Shown piece after piece: positions 50,701 to 60,056 of a stretch of DNA of 60,056 bases (the first letter of the stretch is position 1; every line of letters begins with the position of its first letter). The position numbers were made by a program, and so were the translations under genes. The notes beneath the pieces are model-generated. The model was not told the DNA's origin and did no database searches. It saw only the letters and a list, made by a program, of their open reading frames with translations. Location: contig JANJGN010000557.1 of assembly GCA_026770705.1 (NCBI GenBank), positions 3,945 through 64,000 of the forward strand, written 5' to 3'. Source of the DNA: Isurus oxyrinchus. Its lineage: Eukaryota.

Positions 50701-52367
50701 AAGGCATCAGAGCTGTGAGTGTGTGCTCTGCTCAAAGCAAATGTCAAACTGAGATTGGATCACATGACACACTTCCATTATAGTGATGTCACGCTGATAT
50801 CCCTTATTGGAACTAGAGACAGTCCAGTCGTTGGTGTACGGTTACAGTGGGCTCTGTGTCTGTGCTGCACTGACTGTCAGCTATATGATAACCACAGTGT
50901 GATATTGTGTTATTGCAGGAGAAAGACAGCGACGCAGGAGAGAGTTTCAGGGACCAGTGACATTGCATTGACCCCCAGTCCACTCTCTGTGAAGCACCAG
51001 GTACAGGAGCTGTTTACACTCACTTCAAAGCTTCAACCTCAGTGTGTAGACAACACGTATACCAGATTATCAGCCGGGTTACACACAGATATCTCCCTGT
51101 GAAGCAATGGCTCAGTGGTCAGCACTGTCTCTCGCTCCCAGCCGCTGTCACCCTCCATCACTCGCTCTTTGACCAGAAATCTGAACACAATAATGACAAG
51201 GCACCTGATGTCAGTAGTGAGGGAGTGCTACACTGTCGGAGGGTCAGTACTGAGGGAGTGCTGCAATGTCAGAGTGTCAGTACTGAGGGAGTGCTGCACT
51301 GTCGGAGGGTCAGTACTGAGGGAGTGCTGCACTGTCGGAGGGTCAGTACTGAGGGAGTTTTGCACTGTCAGAGTGTCATTACTGAGGGAGTGCTGCACTG
51401 TCGGAGGGTCAGTACTGAGGGAGTGCTGCACTGTCGGATGATCAGTACTGAGGAAGTGCTGCACTGTCAGCGGGTCAGTACTGAGGGAGTGCTGGACTGT
51501 CAGAAGGTCAGTACAGCGGGATTGTTGGACTGTCAGACGGTCAGTACTGAAGGAGTGCTGCACTGTCAGAGAGTCAGTACTGAGGGAGTGTTGCACTGTC
51601 GGAGGGTCAGTAGTGAGGGAGTGCTGCACTGTCAGAGGGTCAGTACTGAGGGAGTGCTGCACTGTCAGAGGGTCAGTATTGAGGGAGTGCTGCACTGTCA
51701 GAGGGTCAGTATTGAGGGAGTGCTGCACTGTTGGAGGGTCAGTACTGAGGGAGTGCTGCACTGTCAGAGGGTCAGTACTGAGGGAGTGCTGCACTGTCAG
51801 AGGGTCAGTATTGAGGGAGTGCTGGACTGTCAGAGGGTCAGTATTGAGGGAGTGCTGCACTGTCAGAGGGTCAGTATTGAGGGAGTGCTGCACTGTCAGA
51901 GGGTCAGTATTGAGGGAGTGCTGCACTGTTGGAGTGTGATAGAGATTAAATTATAAAGAGAGAGAGAAAGCGAGAGAGAAAGAGAGACAGAGAAAGAGAG
52001 TGAAAAAAGGCTTAAACCCACTGAGACACGACTGACACTAATGAGGCTGCACAATAATTTAACCCTATCAGTGCCAGTAAATGATGTGAGGATGTCTTCT
52101 GTTTCCATTTCTCTGTAGGGTAAACAGAACGTGCTGATTACTGAGCCCCGGAACACAACCAGAGACACAACCAGTGAGGGGGAGACCCCAGCTCCCCGGG
52201 GTCACTCTGGAGGTCCAGTGGGAGGCGATGTTGGACATGGGAACCCCGACAAACCCGACGAGATTCTCTACGCCAACATCAACTTTTCAAAGCTGTCCAG
52301 CGGTGACAGGACTGTGCACAGGAGCGAGGACACGGAATACGCACAGATCGGGTTCCAGAAAAACTGA
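33093..52367 (+). CDS. Inhibitory-type Siglec-like receptor with 13 Ig domains (1410 aa; 1316 aa if repeat 8 is skipped)
   Basis: Exons of 40+366+297+11x282+97+82+249 = 4233 nt join in frame: leader, V-set with Arg, C2, 11 C2 repeats, uncharged TM, ITIM and ITSM. Confidence 0.85.
36264..36629 (+). CDS. Siglec V-set exon
   Basis: GSCVQIPC, GDCSL, EDAGPYYFR with Arg at 36566-36568; canonical splice sites. Confidence 0.93.
37001..37297 (+). CDS. Siglec domain-2 C2-set exon
   Basis: 297 bp, phase 1-1, near-identical to 16049-16345. Confidence 0.93.
37410..37845 (-). repeat. 33-bp minisatellite
   Basis: Reverse-orientation array in the intron. Confidence 0.92.
37976..38257 (+). CDS. C2-set repeat exon 1
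   Basis: 282 bp, tttag|...|gtgagt; ICSVESFPASNLTW...DTGDYQCVAENEHG. Confidence 0.9.
38927..39208 (+). CDS. C2-set repeat exon 2
   Basis: 282 bp, open, AG/GT intact. Confidence 0.9.
39844..40125 (+). CDS. C2-set repeat exon 3
   Basis: 282 bp, open, AG/GT intact. Confidence 0.9.
41348..41629 (+). CDS. C2-set repeat exon 4
   Basis: 282 bp, open, AG/GT intact. Confidence 0.9.
42410..42691 (+). CDS. C2-set repeat exon 5
   Basis: 282 bp, open, AG/GT intact. Confidence 0.9.
43356..43637 (+). CDS. C2-set repeat exon 6
   Basis: 282 bp, open, AG/GT intact. Confidence 0.9.
44414..44695 (+). CDS. C2-set repeat exon 7 (most diverged)
   Basis: 282 bp, open, AG/GT intact; private changes NPA, VKS, NLMW, PVN, AVDG. 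Confidence 0.88.
45479..45760 (+). CDS. C2-set repeat exon 8, donor mutated (probably skipped)
   Basis: Open frame but followed by ATGAGT instead of GTGAGT. Confidence 0.6.
46544..46825 (+). CDS. C2-set repeat exon 9
   Basis: 282 bp, open, AG/GT intact. Confidence 0.9.
47799..48080 (+). CDS. C2-set repeat exon 10
   Basis: 282 bp, open, AG/GT intact. Confidence 0.9.
48848..49129 (+). CDS. C2-set repeat exon 11
   Basis: 282 bp, open, AG/GT intact. Confidence 0.9.
49944..50040 (+). CDS. Transmembrane exon (uncharged)
   Basis: tttttacag|(R)RDSSKWTVGLFTAGIMLSVFLAGIFIFICVR(K)|gtaagt; phase 1 to 2. Confidence 0.9.
50919..51000 (+). CDS. Juxtamembrane cytoplasmic exon
   Basis: Phase 2 to 0, RKTATQERVSGTSDIALTPSPLSVKHQ; bridges the TM and terminal exons in frame. 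Confidence 0.88.
51210..51935 (+). repeat. 33-bp minisatellite
   Basis: About 21 copies in the last intron. Confidence 0.95.
52119..52367 (+). CDS. Terminal exon with ITIM and ITSM
   Basis: ILYANI (52263-52280) fits I/V/L/S-x-Y-x-x-I/L/V; TEYAQI (52332-52349) fits T-x-Y-x-x-I/V. Confidence 0.92.
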   Translation, partial: GKQNVLITEPRNTTRDTTSEGETPAPRGHSGGPVGGDVGHGNPDKPDEILYANINFSKLSSGDRTVHRSEDTEYAQIGFQKN

Positions 52368-52559
52368 GTGTGAAACAGGGAGCGGGGCTGTGGTGTGTGT
52401 GCAGCCAACATGGCCAAATAGTAATGAACAGAAATATGATGTTGCTCAACTTTTTTTTATTGGTTCTGAGTGAGCTTTCTGAATGCTGCACCTTTTTCCA
52501 TGCTGTCAAAGATTGTGAGAAGCTTATGAATTATGTATAATGTTACATCTGTTAATACA

Positions 52560-54150
52560 AGGTGAGACGAGAATGACTGCCTTTGACATCATGGCTGCAT
52601 TTGACCGAGTGTGGCATCTAGGAGCCCGAGCATAACTGGAGTCAATGGGAATCAGGGGTGGTACGAAAGTATAATAATTTGCTTAATATTTTCCTGGTTT
52701 GTTTTAAAGTAGGTTTATGAGTGTGAGTGTAGATGGATCTGTCTGTGTGGTTTAATTACATCTGGAGTCAGGTAGACTGCAAGCTTGAGATAATCAAAAG
52801 AAGCTAGATGTAGAAATGTACTTGAAATGCTAATGAGAACACATGGAGGCTGTGTTAACATGTAAGGTGTGAAGGGGTTGTTTAGATTTCAAAGGGATGT
52901 TGGTCTGTTTAGGACAAGCCCAATAAGCAAAGCTAAGGAGTTTTTTTTAATTTTACCCAAACTTCATTGACAATATTGGCAACATGAAAGTTTATATTAT
53001 GGGAAAGGTACAGTTCCAAAGAATTTACATCAAAGAGAGAGAAACATTTATAAAGGAGAATGAAAGACTATGTTGGGGCCATGTAAGATCTAACAGGAGT
53101 GTGTGAAACAGGCTTGAAGAAGCCTCCAGGCATTTGTGCATAAGTCTGTTATGTTCAGTAAATAAAGTTGGAGAAATCCATTTAGAATTCCACTGTCAAG
53201 TGTGTGCTGTGTTAACTCGCTGGATTTGTTTTTAATCTAAAATCTTATTTTGGACTGTTGCCTTAAACGGGCTCTGTAACTGGGAGTCAGGTTAATTAGG
53301 AATTTGAGAATATATTTTAGCTGTAACTAACTGTGGTATTATGTCTGTGCTTGAAATCTTTTATTTTGTTAATAAATATCTTAATCCAATTTTTAAAATC
53401 TCTAAAGGTTGTGGTCATCTCATTACTCCTGAATTCAGTGCACGCTTCTTATAATAAATACAAATTGCAAAACTATTGTGATAGCATGACCAATTTTCCC
53501 TTGTGGATTTGGAGCACCAAGCACACATCATCTGCCATGTCATGTCACAGGGAAAACTCTCCACTCATTGGATTCATACCAAGTACAAAGGAAGGTGGTT
53601 GTGGTTGTTGGAGGTCAGTCATCTCAGTTCCAGGATATCACTGCAGGAGTTGCTCAGTGTAGTGTCCTAGGCCCAAACATCTTCAGCTGCTTCATCAATG
53701 ACATTCATTCTATCAGATGGTCAGAATTATGGAAGGTCGCTGATGATTGCACAACGTTCAACATCATTCATGACTCATCAGATGCTGAAGCAGTCCATGT
53801 CCAAATGCAGCAAGACCTGGACAATATCCAGGCTTGGCCTGACAAGTGGCAAGTAACATTCATGCCACACAAGTGCCAGGCAATGACCATCTCCAACCAG
53901 AGAGAATATATCCATCTCCCATTAATGTCCAATGGCATCACCATTGCTGAATCCCCCACTCTCAACACGCTGGGGGTTAACGTTGACCAGAAACTGAACT
54001 GGACTAGCCATATAAACACTGTGACTACAAGAGCAGGCCAGAGGCTGGGAATCGTGTGGTGAGTAACTCACCTCCTGACTCCCCAAAGCCTGTCCATCAA
54101 CCTCAAGGCACAGGTCAGGAGTGTGATGGAATACTCTCCACCTGCCTAGG
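52560..54150 (+). mobile_element. Decayed LINE RT fragment (same family as 9680-11640)
   Basis: VVVGGQSSQFQDITAGV...FINDI...ADDCT...QQDLDNIQAW. Confidence 0.88.
52659..53549 (+). mobile_element. Solo LTR inserted into the LINE
   Basis: TG...CA termini, flanks GGGG/GGGA, splits atcagggg|aaaactc; family of 19928. Confidence 0.7.
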
Positions 54151-54931
54151 TGACAGTGCACTGTCGGATGGTCAGTGACAGTGACAGTGCAGCACTTCCT
54201 CAACGCTCACCCTCCAACAGTGCAGCACTCGCTCAGCACTGACCCTTTGACAGTGTGGCATTCGTTCAGCATTGACCCTCTGGGAGTGCAGCACTCCCTC
54301 AGTACTGACCCTCTGGGAGTGCAGCACTCCCTCAGTACTGACCCTCCGACAGTGCAGCACTCCCTCAGTACTGACCTTCCAACAGTGCAGCACTCCCTCA
54401 GCACTCCCTTACTGGGGAGAGTCCGTCCGCATTTTGAGCTGAAACCTTGACATGGTCTCAAAACACCAACCTTCCATCTCGAAGAGAGAGAGTGCGTTTG
54501 TGTGAGAGAGAGAGAGACAATGTATGTGTGAGAGACTGAGTGTGTATGTGTGAGAGAGCAAAAGAGAGTTAGAGTGTGTGTGCATGAGAGAGGGAGGTAG
54601 CTTGTGTGTGTGAGAGAGTGTGTGAGAGAAAGAGAATGTCTATGTGAGAGTGAGAGAGAGTATACATGTGAGAGAGAAAGATAGAGAGAGAATGTATGTG
54701 TGAGATAGTTTGCGTGCAAAAGAGAGTGTGTGTCTGTGAGAGAGTATTTGTGTATGTGATAGTGTGTGTGTGAGATTGAGAGAAAGGGAGATTGTGCGTT
54801 TGAGAGAGGGAGTGAGAGAGAACATGTGTGTGAGAGAGAGAGTGTGTGTGTGTATGTGTGTGTGTGAAAGAGAAAGTGTTTGTGCAAAAGAGTGTGTGTT
54901 TGAGGGTATGTGTGCATGTGTGAGTGTGCAT

Positions 54932-54967
<36 letters not shown>

Positions 54968-56789
54968 ATTCTGACTGAGCCGAGTTCACAGTTACACACG
55001 TTGCTAGGGACCACTTTTCCGCCTCTCTGTCAGACTGTGTGTATCTGACAGCAGGTCAGGCAGAAATAGTCCAGAATGCACTGTGGTTTTGTAGCATTGA
55101 AACAACGACATGAACTAAATGAGTGCTGCACCAAATAAAGACATGGAGTTACCACACCAAAAAACCACGTGACTTCCCCAGTTTCACATCTCCCTCAAAC
55201 ACAGAAAAACTGGGTTAACACTGACCCTCCTCCCAGAGCCAGTTCACCTCGTGTCCGATGCAGTCAGGAGAGGAAGATCATCTCTCCTCCGATCCTGGTA
55301 AACTGAACATTTCCAGAATGAGATCAGCTCCCTGAAGTGTCTCCAGTTAGACATTCATCTGACAGGATTGACTCTACAACCCTGGGGACTCATTCTCCTG
55401 TAAGTAAAACACTTGCTGCTCCTGTCAAATCTCTTCTGTACAGCATGGTCTCTGGATGTCCCAGAACACTTTACAAGTGAGTTCACCCTTTTTTCGAAGT
55501 GTGGTTACTGTTGTAATGTAGGAAACGCAGCAGCCAATTAGCGCACAGCAAGCTCCCACAAACAGCAATGTGATCATCTGTTTTTAGTGATGTTGGTTGA
55601 GGGATAAATACTGGTCCCAGGACACCGGGGAGATCTCCCCCCTGCTCTTCCTCCAAATAGTGGCTGTGGGATCTTTCACACCCGTCCGAGAGGGCAGACG
55701 GGGGACTCGGTTTAGTGTCTAATATTGGACTAATCTCCAGGCGAGGTTGGCTGGATGGATTATTGACAAGGTCCAGTCACCCTGTAAAGAGTTTCTGTGG
55801 TTTGAAATACCCGATCAAACATCGAGTTCTGTGTCTAAACCTTGTGTTGAAAAGACACCTTTCCAGCTCTTCACCTGCCATTAGCTTGTTGAGTCTTCAC
55901 ATGCTCCGTCTGTCCGTGACCAACCCCTCTTAGCTCATCCTTTCCTTGTCGTACATCGAGCTGTTCATCCTGACGGGTTCCATCCTTCCCAGTAACACTC
56001 CATCTCCGACATCAAACTAACTCCCAACACGTTGATGAATTGTATGGATTCCAGCGTCAGTTGGTTCTGTCTGAGGCTGTTTCTCTGATCGGGGACCGAG
56101 CTGTTCTGAATGGACATTGTGTTCAGTACTGATCCTCCGACAGTGCAGCACTCCCTCAGTACTTACCCTCTGACAGTGCAGCACGCCCTCAGTACTGATC
56201 CTCTGACAGTGCAGCACTCCCTCACTACTCCCTCACTGGGGAGAATCTACCTGGGTTTTGAGCTGAAATCATGAGCAGGTCTTAAAACATTCTGTATCAG
56301 AGAGAGAGAGAGTGTCTGAGAGAGAGAGAGAGACAGAGAGACTGTGTGAGAGAGAAAAAGAGATAGAGAGTGTGCATGTGTGAGGGAGAGTGTTTGTATA
56401 TGAGGGAGAGAGTGTGCATGTGAGAGTGTGTGAGAGAGAGTGTGTGGGAGAGAGCGTGTGTTTGTGACAGAGAGTGTGAGTGTGTGAGAGAGAGTGTCTG
56501 TGAGAGAGATTGTGTGGGAGAGAGAGTGTGTTTGTGACAGAGAGTGTGTGTGTGTGCGAGGGAGAGAAAGAGGGAGACAGCAGAAGATCGAGATGAAGAG
56601 AAATGTTAAATGTTTGAGAGAGAGAGAATGTGTGTGTCTGAGAGAGAGAGTGTGTGTGTGTGAGAGAGAGTGTGTGCTTGACAGAAAGAGAGATTGTGTT
56701 AGTTTTAGGGAAAGTGTGTGAGTGTGTGAGAGAGTGTTTGTGTCAGAGAGAGAGAGACAATGTATTTGAGGGAGGGAGACAGAGAGAAT

Positions 56790-58809
56790 GTGTGTGTGAG
56801 AGAGAGAGAGAGAGAGCAGAAGAGTGCGATAGAGAGAGATTGTGAGTGTCAGAGAGAGAATGTGTGTGTGTGTGAGAGAGAGATAGAGCAGAAGAGTGTG
56901 ATAGAGAGAGATTGTGAGTGTTAGAGAGAGAATGTGTGTGTGTGAGTGAGAGAGATAGAGTAGAGGAGTGTGATAGAGAGAGATTGTGAGTGTTAGAGAG
57001 AGAATGTGTGTTTGTGAGAGAGAGAGAGCAGAAGAGTGCGATAGAGAGAGATTGTGAGTGTTAGAGAGAGAATGTGTGTGTGAGAGAGAGAGAGATAGAG
57101 CAGAGGAGTGTGATAGAGAGAGATTGTGAGTGTTAGAGAGAGAATGTGTGTGTATGAGAGAGAGATAGAGCAGAAGAGTGTGATAGAGAGAGATTGTGAG
57201 TGTTAGAGAGAGAATGTGTGTGTGTGAGAGAGAGATAGAGCAGAAGAGTGTGATAGAGATTGTGAGTTTTAGAGAGAGAATGTGTGTGTGTGAGAGAGAG
57301 AGAGATAGAGCAGAAGAGTGTGATAGAGAGAGATTGTGAGTGTTAGAGAGAGAATGTGTGTGTGAGAGAGAGAGATAGAGCAGAAGAGTGCGATAGAGAG
57401 AGATTGTGAGTGTTAGAGAGAGAATGTGTGTGTGTGAGAGAGAGAGAGATAGAGCAGAAGAGTGCGATAGAGAGAGATTGTGAGTGTTAGAGAGAGAATG
57501 TGTGTGTGAGAGAGAGAGATAGAGCAGAGGAGTGTGATAGAGAGAGATTGTGAGTGTTAGAGAGAGAATGTGTGTGTGTGTGAGAGAGAGAGATAGAGCA
57601 GAGGAGTGTGATAGAGAGAGATTGTGTTTGTTAGAGAGAGAATGTGTGTGTGTGTGAGAGAGAGAGATAGAGCAGAGGAGTGTGATAGAGAGAGATTGTG
57701 AGTGTTAGAGAGAGAATGTGTGTGTGAGAGAGAGAGAGATAGAGCAGAAGAGTGCGATAGAGAGAGATTGTGAGTGTTAGAGAGAGAATGTGTGTGTGTG
57801 AGAGAGAGAGATAGAGCAGAGGAGTGTGATAGAGAGAGATTGTGAGTGTTAGAGAGAGAATGTGTGTGTGTGAGAGAGAGAGATAGAGCAGAGGAGTGTG
57901 ATAGAGAGAGATTGTGAGTGTTAGAGAGAGAATGTGTGTTTGTGTGAGAGAGATAGAGCAGAAGAGTGCGATAGAGAGAGATTGTGAGTGTTAGAGAGAG
58001 AATGTGTATTTGTGAGAGAGAGAGAGCAGAAGAGTGCGATAGAGAGAGATTGTGTTTGTGAGAGAGAGAGAGAGCAGTAGAGTGCGATAGAGAGAGATTG
58101 TGAGTGTTAGAGAGAGAATGTGTGTGTGAGAGAGAGAGAGAAATAGAGCAGAAGAGTGTGATAGAGAGAGATTGTGAGTGTTAGAGAGAGAATGTGTGTG
58201 TGTGAGAGAGAGAGAGAGAGCAGAGGAGTGTGATAGAGAGAGATTGTGAGTGTTAGCGAGAGAATGTGTGCGTGTGAGAGAGAGAGATAGAGCAGAAGAG
58301 TGTGATAGAGAGAGATTGTGAGTGTTAGAGAGAGAATGTGTGTGTGTGAGAGAGATAGAGCAGAAGAGTGCGATAGAGAGAGATTGTGAGTGTTAGAGAG
58401 AGAATGTGTATTTGTGAGAGAGAGAGAGCAGAAGAGTGCGATAGAGAGAGATTGTGTTTGTGAGAGAGAGAGAGAGCAGTAGAGTGCGATAGAGAGAGAT
58501 TGTGAGTGTTAGAGAGAGAATGTGTGTGTGAGAGAGAGAGAGAAATAGAGCAGAAGAGTGTGATAGAGAGAGATTGTGAGTGTTAGAGAGAGAATGTGTG
58601 TGTGTGAGAGAGAGAGAGAGAGCAGAGGAGTGTGATAGAGAGAGATTGTGAGTGTTAGCGAGAGAATGTGTGCGTGTGAGAGAGAGAGATAGAGCAGAAG
58701 AGTGTGATAGAGAGAGATTGTGAGTGTTAGAGAGAGAATGTGTGTGTGTGAGAGAGAGAGAGAGAGCAGAAGAGTGTGACAGAGAGAGATTGTGAGTGTT
58801 AGAGAGAGA

Positions 58810-58840
<31 letters not shown>

Positions 58841-60056
58841 CAGTAGAGTGCGATAGAGAGAGATTGTGTTTGTGAGAGAGAGAGAGAGAGCAGTAGAGTG
58901 CGATAGAGAGAGATTGTGTTTGTTAGAGAGAGAATGTGTGTGTGTGAGAGAGAGAGAGAGATAGAGCAGAAGAGTGTGATAGAGAGAGATTGTGAGTGTT
59001 AGAGAGAGAATGTGTGTGTGTGAGAGAGAGAGATAGAGCAGAAGAGTGTGATAGAGAGAGATTGTGAGTGTTAGAGAGAGAATGTGTGTGAGAGAGAGAG
59101 AGATAGAGCAGAAGAGTGTGATAGAGAGAGATTGTGAGTGTTAGAGAGAGAATGTGTGTGTGTGAGAGAGAGAGATAGAGCAGAAGAGTGCGATAGAGAG
59201 AGATTGTGAGTGTTAGAGAGAGAATGTGTGTGTGTGAGAGAGAGAGATAGAGCAGAAGAGTGTGATAGAGAGAGATTGTGAGTATTAGAAAGAGAATGTG
59301 TGTGTGTGAGAGAGAGAGAGAGCAGAAGAGTGCGATAGAGAGAGATTGTGTTTGTTAGAGAGAGAATGTGTGTGTGTGTGAGAGAGAGAGATAGAGCAGA
59401 AGAGTGCGATAGAGAGAGATTGTGAGTGTTAGAGAGAGAATGTGTGTGTGTGAGAGAGAGAGATAGAGCACAGGAGTGTGATAGAGAGAGATTGTGAGTG
59501 TTAGAGAGAGAATGTGTGTGTGTGTGAGAGAGAGAGAGAGCAGAAGAGTGTGATAGAGAGAGATTGTGAGTGTTAGAGAGAGAATGTGTGTGTGTGAGAG
59601 AGAGACATAGAGCAGAGGAGTGTGATAGAGAGAGATTGTGAGTGTTAGAGAGAGAATGTGTGTGTGTGTGAGAGAGAGAGAGATAGAGCAGAAGAGTGCG
59701 ATATAGAGAGATTGTGAGTGTTAGAGAGAGAATGTGTGTGTGTGAGAGAGAGAGATAGAGCAGAAGAGTGCGATAGAGAGAGATTGTGAGTGTTAGAGAG
59801 AGAATGTGAGTGTGAGAGAGAGAGAGAGAGAGCAGAAGAGTGCGATAGATAGAGATTGTGAGTGTTGGAGAGAGAATGTGTGTGAGAGAGAGAGAGAGAC
59901 AGAGCAGAAGAGTGTGATCGAGAGAGATAGTGAGTGTTAGAGAGAGAATGTGTGAGTGTGAGAGAGAGAGAGATAGAGCAGAAGAGTGTGATAGAGAGAG
60001 ATTGTGAGTGTTAGAGAGAGAATGTGTGTGTGAGAGAGAGATAGAGCAGAAGAGTG
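56790..60056. repeat. ~72-bp compound GA/GT satellite
   Basis: Same unit and orientation as 1-820; runs to the window end. Confidence 0.95.

Noticed and set aside
51210-51935. CRISPR-like regular array
   Set aside because: Head-to-tail repeats with no unique spacers, no cas genes, vertebrate DNA.
33093-52367. Assigning MAG, CD22 or SIGLEC1 as the gene symbol
   Set aside because: Domain count and tail match none of them cleanly; orthology needs a phylogeny.

Overview
Eukaryotic, intron-rich vertebrate DNA. The repeat content (HE1-like and SacSINE1/Deu-like SINEs, CR1/L2 LINEs) points to a shark or other cartilaginous fish. Most of the ORF track is repeat-derived noise; the real genes were assembled by hand from splice sites. 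(1) A hepcidin-like gene on + (signal-peptide exon 3690-3781, mature-peptide exon 6907-7023). The mature peptide is an atypical 8-Cys 29-mer, and the upstream region has GGCGCC, C/EBP-like and TATA motifs. (2) A head-to-head pair of Siglec-like receptors with the same leader exon and near-identical N-terminal Ig domains but opposite signalling ends. The short minus-strand gene (23472->14320) has a leader, two V-set exons, one C2 exon and a TM exon with an intramembrane Arg and no tyrosine motif (activating type). The long plus-strand gene (33093->52367) has a leader, V-set, C2, eleven near-identical 282-bp C2 exons, an uncharged TM and an ITIM+ITSM tail (inhibitory type, ~1410 aa). Tracts of near-identity suggest gene conversion between them. 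(3) Orphan cytoplasmic-tail exons between the two genes, which lost the ITIM but kept the ITSM. The same ~72-bp satellite brackets the whole block. All alignments and counts were done by eye; three N-gaps limit certainty about copy number.
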